Origin: a virus
Taxonomy: Duplodnaviria > Caudoviricetes
Strand: one strand, 5' to 3'
DNA length: 57,520 nt
IMG/VR virus record: IMGVR_UViG_3300033153_001834
Location: 1-57,520 of that record
Below, one piece after another: positions 35,744 to 45,942 of the stretch. The stretch's first letter is position 1; each line of letters starts with the position of its first letter. The position numbers and the translations under genes were made by a program. A model generated the notes under the pieces. It saw only the letters and a program-made list of their open reading frames with translations. It did no database searches and was not told the DNA's origin.

Positions 35744-38700
35744 TTATAATAATATATAATTAGTAATAGCTACTGGTAGTTGTGATATATCATCTTCATC
35801 TTCAACTTCAACGGCATTATAAAAAGTATCTTCTTGTTCGCCATAACCTTTTGCTATAAAGTCAAATTGAACATCAGTAGGAACTACTATATCCTCAAAT
35901 CCATTAGCTCCTACAGAAGTATAAAATTCAATGTCAAATCCTGTTTCATCAATAGTATCTAAAACATAATATTGACCTTCAACGACATTATCTTCAGTTA
36001 TAGCTATTACTGGTTTTGTTGTTGTATTAAATGGTTTAGAGAAAGTAACTCTTTTACCAAATACTTGGCCCGCTAATAATCCGTCTCTTGAAATGTCATC
36101 TCCATATTCAGTTCTATCTGGCATATCAACTATAACTTTTAATCCAGTAATATGCGGAGTTGAATATTCACAACATGTAGTTAGTACAGCTCTAAAATAA
36201 AAATAATGACCTGTATAGAAACCAGCCGTAAGATTTTGCCATCCACCCCAATTACTATCTTGCTCTAATGTTGAAGCATCTTCTATATAATTCCAGTCGG
36301 AAATAGAACCATTCTCAGATGCGGTCTTAACTTGAATTACTGTATTCCATTCTCCTAAAACAGCTTGAGTTAATCTACTTAAATCACTTACTACTTCCCA
36401 ATTAGATACCGGATAATCTTCTTTAGTATAACCTTCTATTTGAGCAGTTAAATAACAACGATATATTCCACCTACATTAAATAAAGTAGATAGATCATAT
36501 GAACCAAAAGAAACGTGAGTTCCATCTCCTCCAGTATTAATTAATTCTAATCCATCATCTACTAATATTACATCAGTCTTATTTCCAGTAAAAGTAGGAT
36601 TTTCAATAGACTCCTGAACTAAATTCATAGCTGCTATTTCTGGAATAGTTGTTTTAACTAATGAATAATTATTAGATAAATTTCCAGTAGTATCTATTGT
36701 CTTAAGCATATATGAACCGATACGTGCATTTACATCAATAGTAGTAACATTAAATGGTATTAAATTACCTTCTGCTGTAGAATTATCCCAACTAGGATTA
36801 TCTCTATCAGGACTATACTTTAAAATAAAACCAGCAATATCAAGATCATTAGGAGCTAACCAAGTAAATGACATAGTTTGCTCTGTTATATTACCTGCAA
36901 AGAATAATGGTTTTCCTGGCTTTTCTATATCGTAAGGTAATACAATTAAAATTGGCGCACATATTTCTAATTGTGCTTTATAACCAAATGCATTTACTGG
37001 AATCACCTTAATATATATAGCAGAACCTTTATTATAATCAATATCTAAAGTAGATTTTTTATTAAATAATCGATAACTACCAACTTTAGATTTAACAATA
37101 TCTACTAATTCAAAGTTTTCATTTTCATCATATGTAGTCCATATTTCATATTCAAGATTTGTACCTATATCTATCCACGAAACTTGAACATTAGCAACTG
37201 GAATTCTATTTTCGTATGCTATAGAAACTTTTTGATTTAATCCAACTGCGCAAGAAGGATATAGCATTATGTCTGGAGATATATTAGGATCATAAGCTGG
37301 TATATCTTTAGTATCAGCTAATGCTATATCTGGAGATAATGGAATTAAAGTTAATGATGCAGTTAAATCACTAGATGGAGCTATAGATTTAACTAAGAAA
37401 TCATCAGTAACATAAGTAACTTTTCCATATACACATAAATCTCCTATTGTAACTCCAAACTGTGTTGGCTCTACGGTTAGAGTTACTTCATAACCTTCAC
37501 CAGCAACGCTATCAACGGAATACTCTTCTTGCTCTCCTATATTTACTGAACCAAATCTAACTCTTAATTTATAAGTTGGTCCAACTTCGTATGGAACTGG
37601 TTCTCTTAGGGTTACAGTATTTCCTGATATAGCTACTATTCGTGATGGTATTCCTCCTGCGCTTGCTACATCATGTTGTACTTTAATTAAATCTCCACGT
37701 TCACAAATTAAACTTTCTATATCTGTTGAAATAGTAAAAGTCTCAGGTCTTAATTTACCTTGAGCCATATAATATCTACCATCTCTAAAAGCTTGTGAAC
37801 TTCTAGTTATTAATGGCATTGTTATATTTTCAAAATATGTTGCAGCAGTACAATCTACAGTTTGACCATCTATAGTACAAACTTCAGGTCCAGTTACCCC
37901 TACTTCATTATATCCATCATTATATACTATATGGTCAATCGCTTGCCATTCCTCTAAAGGATTTATAAATGTACATTTTAATGCATGCGGCTGTTTAGTA
38001 AATACCTTGCTACCTTTAAAACCCCATGAATTAGCTGATGTAAATAATTGTACTGGTACTGTTGGAAACTGTTCCCATATAACTGCATATCTACCTTCTC
38101 TCATAGTTAAAGTAGCACGACCAGTAGACATTATTGAAGTTAATCTATCATATACTGTTGAACTAGCATCAAAATTACAATCACTGTTATATTTAAATTC
38201 TGTAGTAGCCTCCCCAGTTCCATCATCTACTAACTCTTCACAAAATAAAGACCAATTATAAAAAGATAGAAAGTCAATTCTTTCATCTGGTATTGGATCA
38301 GAATTAGCATCACCACGTATGATATCTAATGATATCCATGCAGGATTAGATGTATGCTCAAACGTCCAAGTATCAACTCCATTCCAAGTCCATATTTTCC
38401 TTTGACTTATTGCAGTTAAAGTATCAACGGTTCCACTCAATTGAGCAGACGATACTATTTGCATACTTAATATAGTATGAGGTACATCAAATTTTAATGG
38501 TTCTTTTTGGCTTTTGCTTGTTATAGCAACTAATTCTGTCTTATCAAAATATCTTCCTGAATCTGCAAATTTTATATATAATACATCATCTGTTCTTGCT
38601 ATTCTTATATCCCATTCTCCGGCACTAGGAAAAATAAGATTTAAAGCATAAATAAAAGGAACTGAAGTTCTTCTTCTTAATAAAAATGAAGGAATGCCTT

Positions 38701-40165
38701 GCCCATATAATGTAAAAAAAGTAGTATAATTTCCTGCTGCCATTATCCATATAAAATGGCGGACAGTACCAAACCAACTTTCACCATCACCATAATCTTG
38801 TGTCCAATAGCTTTTAACAGCGGTAATAATAGGCTCTTCTGGAAATGATTTATCAAGAACTATATTAAATCTTTTTATATTAGTATATGTAATTTGTTCT
38901 CCCCAAAAATCATATTCATCTCCCGTTACTATACGTACAGTTGAACTATAATATTGGCTAACAGATATTATTTCATATTCGATTCCATTTCTAATAAACT
39001 TAGAGCCAACTTGAGGAGCTAGTGCATTAGATGTATCATATGCAGATGGAATACCTTTCGTCTCAACTTGAAAGTCTGGTCCAGTATTAACTGTCCAATA
39101 TACATAAGAATTAATATCATTTACATCACCATGAACTATATATAAATCTAAGAAATCTATACTTTTTGCAAAATTTTCACTCCATACTGTTGCATGAGAT
39201 GCACTAAGTTGCTCTTGTTTAAAAAATTTCCAATTCTCCTCTATATCATCTGCATTATGATCTTTATATTGTATAGAAAAATGAACTGACATAGCCTCTC
39301 TATCAGTTCCATGAGCCATATATAAAAGTCCGAGTGGTAAAGACATATTAATAGTCATTGCACTCGCATCATCAGCTAACGATGATCTTACAATCCAATC
39401 TTTTTTTATTTCAGTTGAAAATGTCTCTGTTATATTGTCATTTTCATAATATGGTATTAATCCTGAAGTATAATTACTATCTACATTATATTGAACTCCA
39501 CTATAAGAATCTAATGAAGTATTACCAATTAATATACTACTAATATCAATATGACCATATCCAAAGTCATATATCGCATGAATAGTTTGAGTATCTCCAG
39601 CAGTTGTAATATATGATTCTACCGCTAAATCTGGACTAACTTTATATGTCCCATATATACTTCTTACTGCTCCGTGAGGTCTTGCTCTATTTCTTAAACC
39701 CTCCATACCAAAAAAACCAGAACTATCATCAGCTGACCCAGGAGTTTTTGGTTTAGGTGGTGGAAATAATGCTGATATTAATAAAGAGCCGACAAACATA
39801 ATGCCAGCTCCAACCAATGAAGCGCTTGCCCCAGCTAATAATCCACCGGCTCCGGTTAGAATACCAGCAGCATATGGAGCAAAAATAGTTAAAGCAATAC
39901 CAGCAATCATAGCGAGTGGATTTTTTCCACTATCACCACCACCTCTAGGCATAACAGCAAGATAAACTACATTATTTGGTTTAGCATATGTAGTTTCCCA
40001 TTCTTCTTTTGTTATTAAAATTCCGTCAATAGTTACATCAATATAGTCGTGAAGAACTTCAGGCATATTAGAGCGAGTCACAATCTCACTTAAAGGAGTT
40101 GGTCTATCAATAATAAAGTCTTCTGTATTACTAGAAACTAATTTTCTTTTTACATAAACGGCCAT
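35744..40165 (-). CDS. central tail tip / host-specificity protein (lambda J-like, with I-like N-terminus)
   Basis: V.PRGGG...hydrophobic stretch, YG...V.PD, NPAW...D, RGD.I.V.HD, FN3-like C-terminal part. Confidence 0.85.
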   Translation of the reverse strand: MAVYVKRKLVSSNTEDFIIDRPTPLSEIVTRSNMPEVLHDYIDVTIDGILITKEEWETTYAKPNNVVYLAVMPRGGGDSGKNPLAMIAGIALTIFAPYAAGILTGAGGLLAGASASLVGAGIMFVGSLLISALFPPPKPKTPGSADDSSGFFGMEGLRNRARPHGAVRSIYGTYKVSPDLAVESYITTAGDTQTIHAIYDFGYGHIDISSILIGNTSLDSYSGVQYNVDSNYTSGLIPYYENDNITETFSTEIKKDWIVRSSLADDASAMTINMSLPLGLLYMAHGTDREAMSVHFSIQYKDHNADDIEENWKFFKQEQLSASHATVWSENFAKSIDFLDLYIVHGDVNDINSYVYWTVNTGPDFQVETKGIPSAYDTSNALAPQVGSKFIRNGIEYEIISVSQYYSSTVRIVTGDEYDFWGEQITYTNIKRFNIVLDKSFPEEPIITAVKSYWTQDYGDGESWFGTVRHFIWIMAAGNYTTFFTLYGQGIPSFLLRRRTSVPFIYALNLIFPSAGEWDIRIARTDDVLYIKFADSGRYFDKTELVAITSKSQKEPLKFDVPHTILSMQIVSSAQLSGTVDTLTAISQRKIWTWNGVDTWTFEHTSNPAWISLDIIRGDANSDPIPDERIDFLSFYNWSLFCEELVDDGTGEATTEFKYNSDCNFDASSTVYDRLTSIMSTGRATLTMREGRYAVIWEQFPTVPVQLFTSANSWGFKGSKVFTKQPHALKCTFINPLEEWQAIDHIVYNDGYNEVGVTGPEVCTIDGQTVDCTAATYFENITMPLITRSSQAFRDGRYYMAQGKLRPETFTISTDIESLICERGDLIKVQHDVASAGGIPSRIVAISGNTVTLREPVPYEVGPTYKLRVRFGSVNIGEQEEYSVDSVAGEGYEVTLTVEPTQFGVTIGDLCVYGKVTYVTDDFLVKSIAPSSDLTASLTLIPLSPDIALADTKDIPAYDPNISPDIMLYPSCAVGLNQKVSIAYENRIPVANVQVSWIDIGTNLEYEIWTTYDENENFELVDIVKSKVGSYRLFNKKSTLDIDYNKGSAIYIKVIPVNAFGYKAQLEICAPILIVLPYDIEKPGKPLFFAGNITEQTMSFTWLAPNDLDIAGFILKYSPDRDNPSWDNSTAEGNLIPFNVTTIDVNARIGSYMLKTIDTTGNLSNNYSLVKTTIPEIAAMNLVQESIENPTFTGNKTDVILVDDGLELINTGGDGTHVSFGSYDLSTLFNVGGIYRCYLTAQIEGYTKEDYPVSNWEVVSDLSRLTQAVLGEWNTVIQVKTASENGSISDWNYIEDASTLEQDSNWGGWQNLTAGFYTGHYFYFRAVLTTCCEYSTPHITGLKVIVDMPDRTEYGDDISRDGLLAGQVFGKRVTFSKPFNTTTKPVIAITEDNVVEGQYYVLDTIDETGFDIEFYTSVGANGFEDIVVPTDVQFDFIAKGYGEQEDTFYNAVEVEDEDDISQLPVAITNYILL

Positions 40166-40548
40166 TTATAAAACCCTTCAATTCTATTTTTCCACTTTTT
40201 ACCAGTATACTTTTCTATTGCTGCTGCGTGTCCTTTTAGAGTATGAATCATATATTCATTATCTAAACACATACCAACATGAACTGGCTCTCCAGCTATT
40301 TTCATCATAATCAAACAATAAACTTCTGGTACTTTAATTTCTTCCCATTCATCTTTACTATTTTTAAAATAATTATGAACAGATTCCATATCATTTGCAT
40401 TAATGTAATCGTTATTATTATCTGGTATAGTTATTCCACGCTCTATCCCAAAAACATATTTATAAAAAGTCCAACAATCAAAACCTGGACCAGTACCTTT
40501 TGATTCGTATGGAATGCCAACGTATATTCCTGCCCAATTTGGTATCAT
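40150..40548 (-). CDS. NlpC/P60 tail tip protein (lambda K-like)
   Basis: YVGIPY...G....FDCW, HVG, IH. Confidence 0.85.
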   Translation of the reverse strand: MIPNWAGIYVGIPYESKGTGPGFDCWTFYKYVFGIERGITIPDNNNDYINANDMESVHNYFKNSKDEWEEIKVPEVYCLIMMKIAGEPVHVGMCLDNEYMIHTLKGHAAAIEKYTGKKWKNRIEGFYKWPFM

Positions 40549-40684
40549 TTAATTAACGTGAACCATAGAGATTTTATATTAGACCTTGTTAAAAAATAAT
40601 AAAAACTGTAAGATAAAGATAAATCATCTCTAGTTTTATTTTTTAATTTACAAATAAGATTAATTATCATTATATTTTCCTTAG

Positions 40685-41164
40685 TTATCTAAATAACCCG
40701 TGATATCCAGCCGCAAGAGTAATTTGGTCTTTTGGCCATCTTTGGTTTAAAATATCATCTGCATATAAAATTCCAGATATTGTGTATGCATCATAAGTGA
40801 CCTCTCTTAACTTAAGATTTGTTATCTCTATTTCTACATCGTCTAAATAATCAGATAAAACTACACTTATAGTTATATCTGGAGATTCAGTTATACTACG
40901 AATAACCTCAACTAAAGCTACGTCTATATTATCAAAAGTTAATTTTACTGTTTGTAACTTTTCTCCATCATCATTTCCAAGAACTATATTAAATGGATAA
41001 GCAGTATATACTTGAAAATCACTAGTAATAGATTCTCTATTATTTACAAGATATAATGTTTCATCTAAATCAGGATGCTCTATCTTCATTAAGATTAACC
41101 ATACCTGATCAGTTTCTACTGCATTAGCAGACTGAATAGCAACTTGTGAAAAATTTCTTGGCAT
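40685..41164 (-). CDS. minor tail protein (DUF1833-like)
   Basis: I.HP.L....LV.N, AYPF, L..DN.D; position. Confidence 0.75.
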   Translation of the reverse strand: MPRNFSQVAIQSANAVETDQVWLILMKIEHPDLDETLYLVNNRESITSDFQVYTAYPFNIVLGNDDGEKLQTVKLTFDNIDVALVEVIRSITESPDITISVVLSDYLDDVEIEITNLKLREVTYDAYTISGILYADDILNQRWPKDQITLAAGYHGLFR

Positions 41165-41541
41165 TATACAATAACCTTAAGTAATCTTTCCCATTGGAAA
41201 GAGGCAATACGATTTATACCACCTAACTGAGTATAATTTATTTCTCCTACAAAACGATATTCATAAGTACTTGTAGGGTCAGCGGGATCAATATAGTTAA
41301 ATCTTTCTATTCCACCTTTTAATGTTACATTATAAAAGTTTTCAAGAGTAAGATATTGAGCATGAGTAATTTGAATACTTCCATTTAATATTATAATAGG
41401 TGTAGTATATCTTCTACGAACTTTATCTAAGCCAGCAGGAATCTTAGTACGAATTATATTCGATTTCGCTTTTTGCGAGAAACCATTCTGCAATAGATAT
41501 TGTGGTAAAAAAGTTTTATTAGGCCAATCTATAGCTGCCAT
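41164..41541 (-). CDS. distal tail protein (lambda M-like)
   Basis: RT....G..K.RRR.T, FY...L.GG...F...DP. Confidence 0.75.
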   Translation of the reverse strand: MAAIDWPNKTFLPQYLLQNGFSQKAKSNIIRTKIPAGLDKVRRRYTTPIIILNGSIQITHAQYLTLENFYNVTLKGGIERFNYIDPADPTSTYEYRFVGEINYTQLGGINRIASFQWERLLKVIV

Positions 41542-41543
41542 TA

Positions 41544-44500
41544 TTAAAATCCTCTCCGCTTAACACCATATACAGAACCCATTTGCTTATCAAGAGAACC
41601 ATTCTGAATAGAAGCATTTATCTTTTCTTCAATCATAACATCAATAGTTTTATGACCTTTATCATCAGTAGTTTCTTTAGTAGTAGCTTGTGACCCTGTA
41701 GAATTATTATATACATTTACAGTAGTATTATTCTCGCTCTTAGTTCCAGAAGCTTCTACACCTAACTTTCCATTCTTTCTAGTTAAAGGCATAATAGCTT
41801 CTGGGCCTGCTTCGCCCATTAAACCAGTACCATCAGCAAAAGGAAATAAAGTTGGTTTATTAACTATTCCTCCATTTGCGAAAGCTTGAACACCTTTATT
41901 AAAAGCTCCACCATTAGCCCAAGTTGCAAATTCAGCTCCAGATAAAACACCAGAAGTCCCACCAGTAAATCCTGTTTGGCTAGTTATCATAGAAGAAGAT
42001 GTTGCTCCTCCAAATATACTGCCTATAACGCTAGAAAAACTTGCGGCCAACGGCTCTGTGATACTTTTCTGTATAGCTAGACGGGCTAAGTCTTTAATAA
42101 TACTATCTACTAAGCTTCTGACATCCATTTTTCCGGTTGTAACGAATTCAGCTAACTGGTCTGTCATTGAGTTAAATGATTTAGTAGTTATTTCAGACAT
42201 CTCTTCAAAAACGGTCTTAGAGTTTAGGCTAAAATCATCTAAGCCATCTTTCATACCTTGAAACATCTGGTCTTGCTGGCTCATTTCTCCAGCTCTAGCT
42301 AAAACTAATTTTAATGCTCTTTCGCTTTCAAATAAAGAACGATTATAAGCATCGTTTGAAATTTTGCCTTTTTCTTTTAATATATTTAAATCATATTGAA
42401 CTTCAGCATATTCATAAGTAGCAGCTTTAACATCATCATAACTTCTTGCTAATTCATTTATAGCATTAGCTTCATTTAGTTCTATATATTCTTTTGTTTG
42501 TTCAATAGCTTTAGCAAAAGTAGTATTAAACTCTTCTTGAGAAATAGTATTAAGCTTTCTAGCATTAGCTAATACCTCAAGTTTCTTTTCTAAATCTATC
42601 TTATCATCAAAAGAATCGTAAGCTTTATCAAATGGATTTTTTAACTTTTCAATTTCATTATTTAATTCTGCTTGTTCTTCTCTAAATTTTATTAAATCTT
42701 TAGTTGATTTTTTAACCGCATTATTATATGCAGTAACAGCTTTCTTATCTGTTACTTTTCTTTTAGTGTAACCTTTATCTATTTCTGCAGTTATTTGAGC
42801 TTGATTTTTTGCATCTTCTCTTATAGCTTCACGAAAGTCTTTATTCATTTGCTTTTCGTGGTCTAATTCAACCTTTACCTTATCTCTATCAGCTAAAGCC
42901 ATTTGCTGAATATTCGCATCGAATGTTTTTTCAGCTTCTAATCTTTTTCCTGCATTAGCCCATAAGTTCTCATATTGCTTATTATTTTCAGCTAAAACTT
43001 GATTAGTAGCTTCAAGCGATGCTCTTAATGATTTTACCTCTTCATCATCACCAGTTACTTCATTAAAACCAATTCTAATTCTAGTAATATATTTATCAAT
43101 AGTTCCAAACGTATCAATAAAACCCATCCTTAAATCTTGGTATAAAGTTTCAAATAAAATGACTACAGAATTCTTAAAAGACATAAAACTAGATAGCATT
43201 ATAGTAGTAACAGTTTTAATATTTATTGGTAAGTCGTTTAAGGCATCATATACTAATTCTATAGAACCAGCAATAGCTTCCATTCTAAAAGTTTCATCAC
43301 CTGGTAATTCCATAAAGGCAAATAATCTTGCCCAGCTATCGTAAACTAATCCACTAGTATCATATAGGTCGAATAGAAATGTAGTAAGTTCTTCTACATC
43401 TTTAGCCATATCTGGAAAACCAGCTGTCATAGCATTCATAGCTGCACCATCATTAGCTAAATTTGCTAATAATCCTGCTAAGAAATTTAATGAATCTTTT
43501 AACGCTCTACTCTCTGCAACTGCATTAGCCCATAAATCCCAACCAATCTTAACTCTTTGTTCTGCAGCTTCAATATTATCTAAAGCAAAAGTATATTCCA
43601 TAGACGTTTCGCTTAATCTTTCTAAAGCTTTAGTCATTAATTCTATATCAAGTTTTCTTCCTGATGATAATTCTTTTAAAGATTGTCCAGCATATCCAGC
43701 TTCATCAGCTACATCTCTTAAAGCCATTTTAAATAATGGTAAGTTCTCTGAGATTGAACGATACTCATCTCCCATTAAGAAACCAGCAGAGAAAGACTGA
43801 GATAACTGAATTAAAGCATTATTCATTTCTGTAGTACTAGTACCTGCAGCACGAGCACTCATTACAAGACCTTCTGTCCATTTAGCTAATGTAGAAGTAG
43901 AAAATGCTCCTTCTGTAGTAATAGCAAAACGTGTAATAATACGACCTAAATCTTGAATAGCGAAACCAGTTTTAAACGCAGAAGTTTTTACAATGTCTAG
44001 AGCTTCTGTATTACCTGTAAATGTTTCTAATTTTCTTCCCATTAAATCTAAAGATTCAGCAGTTTTATTAAACTCAATGTATAACTTAATTCCAGCGTAA
44101 GCAGTTGCAGCTAACATCGCAGTTCTAAATAATACTAACTGAATTTTTAAGAATTTATTTACAAAACCCATTGATATGCCTAAAGCCTTTTGGCTTGAGG
44201 CGGTAGCAACAGATACCCTTCTATATTTAGACATTGCTGCAGTATTAGCATTAAGGCTTACACCTAAAAGCATCATTTGCTTACTAAGCTTATTTAATGC
44301 CATCGTATTAGCATTTAAACTAGCATTAAGCATTGCAGAATTACGATTAAAATTCGCTAATTCCATAGCAGACTTGTTAGTAGCTGCCCCTAATGATGTC
44401 ATTGAATTCTTTAGTGCTAATATATTTGCACTATTTTTTGCTAAATTAGCATTTAAAGTTTTGGTTTGAGAGGCTAACGTTCTCATTCCAGTAATACTTT

Positions 44501-45083
44501 TATTTACTGCAGCAGATAACGTAGACATTGTCTTAGACATATTAACTAAAGCAGCATTATTCTTTTTAATAGCAGTATTATTCATATTAATACTACTATT
44601 TAATTTTGACATCGAAGTAATATTACTTCTTATTGATGTATCTAATGACTTATTAGTAGTAACTAATGCTTTTGTAGATTTTACACTATTAGATAAAGAA
44701 GTATTTAGTGTTTTTGTTTGAGTCGATAACATTTTAATGCTTCTAGTACTATTTTTCATAGAAGCATTAAGAGATTTAGTTTGAGTAGTAAGAAGTTTTG
44801 AGTTAGCAACACTCTTCTTTAAACTTGCATTTAAATATTTAGTTTGAGTTACTAGTTTTCCAGTATTAACGGCACTCTTTTTAGTGCTATCGCTTAATCT
44901 TTTGGTTTGAGTATTTAGTTTTCCAACTTCGGCTGAAGCTTTTGATAATGTTTTATTTAAAGCAGTAGAGTTCTTATTGAGATTCTTAACGTGAACATCA
45001 TTAGATTGTAAAACTTTAGATAGTGCGGTTAAGTCTTTTAAAGCCTTAGTTGCATCTATTATAATCTTTGATTGATAATCCAC
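41544..45083 (-). CDS. tape measure protein
   Basis: long helical protein, ALIQLSQ...G...GDEYRSI.EN.P motif, FA.GG/MGEAGPEAIMPL C-terminus. Confidence 0.92.
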   Translation of the reverse strand: MDYQSKIIIDATKALKDLTALSKVLQSNDVHVKNLNKNSTALNKTLSKASAEVGKLNTQTKRLSDSTKKSAVNTGKLVTQTKYLNASLKKSVANSKLLTTQTKSLNASMKNSTRSIKMLSTQTKTLNTSLSNSVKSTKALVTTNKSLDTSIRSNITSMSKLNSSINMNNTAIKKNNAALVNMSKTMSTLSAAVNKSITGMRTLASQTKTLNANLAKNSANILALKNSMTSLGAATNKSAMELANFNRNSAMLNASLNANTMALNKLSKQMMLLGVSLNANTAAMSKYRRVSVATASSQKALGISMGFVNKFLKIQLVLFRTAMLAATAYAGIKLYIEFNKTAESLDLMGRKLETFTGNTEALDIVKTSAFKTGFAIQDLGRIITRFAITTEGAFSTSTLAKWTEGLVMSARAAGTSTTEMNNALIQLSQSFSAGFLMGDEYRSISENLPLFKMALRDVADEAGYAGQSLKELSSGRKLDIELMTKALERLSETSMEYTFALDNIEAAEQRVKIGWDLWANAVAESRALKDSLNFLAGLLANLANDGAAMNAMTAGFPDMAKDVEELTTFLFDLYDTSGLVYDSWARLFAFMELPGDETFRMEAIAGSIELVYDALNDLPINIKTVTTIMLSSFMSFKNSVVILFETLYQDLRMGFIDTFGTIDKYITRIRIGFNEVTGDDEEVKSLRASLEATNQVLAENNKQYENLWANAGKRLEAEKTFDANIQQMALADRDKVKVELDHEKQMNKDFREAIREDAKNQAQITAEIDKGYTKRKVTDKKAVTAYNNAVKKSTKDLIKFREEQAELNNEIEKLKNPFDKAYDSFDDKIDLEKKLEVLANARKLNTISQEEFNTTFAKAIEQTKEYIELNEANAINELARSYDDVKAATYEYAEVQYDLNILKEKGKISNDAYNRSLFESERALKLVLARAGEMSQQDQMFQGMKDGLDDFSLNSKTVFEEMSEITTKSFNSMTDQLAEFVTTGKMDVRSLVDSIIKDLARLAIQKSITEPLAASFSSVIGSIFGGATSSSMITSQTGFTGGTSGVLSGAEFATWANGGAFNKGVQAFANGGIVNKPTLFPFADGTGLMGEAGPEAIMPLTRKNGKLGVEASGTKSENNTTVNVYNNSTGSQATTKETTDDKGHKTIDVMIEEKINASIQNGSLDKQMGSVYGVKRRGF

Positions 45084-45098
45084 ATTAATAACCTTACA

Positions 45099-45461
45099 TT
45101 AATTTATTGTATTTTTTTTCTTTGCTTTATCTATTTTCTCATGATATTTTGTAACCAAGAGGTCAATTTTTTTAATTATAGAAATAATAGTGGTTTCTTT
45201 AAATGGTATCGGATATAATTCGAAATAATGTTTAAAATCAGTTATAGTTAAATGATATTCAAACCCAGTTAAACTCTTTAAATTTTGATAAGTTTTAAAG
45301 AACCACATCTCAACCTGTTTATCCAATTCTGGAATATGGTCGAGAGGTGTTTCTTCTCCAATATCTTGTAAATCTTCAAAAAATTTAATATTATCGAAAT
45401 AATCAATATTCCATTGTAACGCTTCAAAAACGTTTTCTACTATTTCTTTTTCTTCAAAAAA
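45099..45461 (-). CDS. tail assembly chaperone, -1 frameshift extension (gpGT-like)
   Basis: -1 frame is open from T TTT TTG (45461-45455) to the stop at 45099 and lacks its own good start. Confidence 0.7.
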   Translation of the reverse strand, partial: FFEEKEIVENVFEALQWNIDYFDNIKFFEDLQDIGEETPLDHIPELDKQVEMWFFKTYQNLKSLTGFEYHLTITDFKHYFELYPIPFKETTIISIIKKIDLLVTKYHEKIDKAKKKNTIN

Positions 45462-45838
45462 TTAGACTGTTCACCTGCTTCGGTTATTACAAATTCTCTT
45501 AAGTCTGTATCTTGAGATAATAGCTCTAAAGATGTATCTGCAGAATATGGAACGCCTTGACCTTCTTCGTCTAATAAGACATTTTCATCCCAACCTAACA
45601 ATAGTTCTTTTGCAGCTACTTCTGTCATAATACGTTTAGCAATATCATTACCAATAGATTTACCTTTTTCGATTTTCTTTTGGTAAGGTTGCATTTTTTT
45701 AGTTAATGTAGCTTCGTAATGAGGGTTTCCATCAGAACGAGCGATTTTAAGCTTTAGAATATTGCCTAGACCATCATCGAAATCTAACCATACACCTTCA
45801 AGCTCTAACTGTCTATCAGTTTTCGTAAATTTTAACAT
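45440..45838 (-). CDS. tail assembly chaperone (gpG-like)
   Basis: between tail tube and TMP; EGVW, LLGW, PYS; ATG at 45838 after ACAGGA SD. Confidence 0.8.
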   Translation of the reverse strand: MLKFTKTDRQLELEGVWLDFDDGLGNILKLKIARSDGNPHYEATLTKKMQPYQKKIEKGKSIGNDIAKRIMTEVAAKELLLGWDENVLLDEEGQGVPYSADTSLELLSQDTDLREFVITEAGEQSNFLKKKK

Positions 45839-45842
45839 TTTA

Positions 45843-45918
45843 TTTTCCTGTGTGTTTAATATTCCCTGCAATTAAAATAATACGATAGCCACAGTCAACA
45901 CAGGAAAAACTGTAGCTA
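45843..45918 (-). promoter_or_regulatory. hairpin whose loop is complementary to the chaperone SD (pseudoknot-like leader)
   Basis: 10-bp stem 45918-45909/45895-45886; loop UUUUCCUGUGU pairs with ACACAGGAAAA at 45853-45843. Confidence 0.6.
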
Positions 45919-45942
45919 AAGGTTTGCCGTTAAGCGAACTAG

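Noticed and set aside
40578-40670. 30-aa ORF with SD between minor tail genes
   Set aside because: Too short and featureless to support without homologues.
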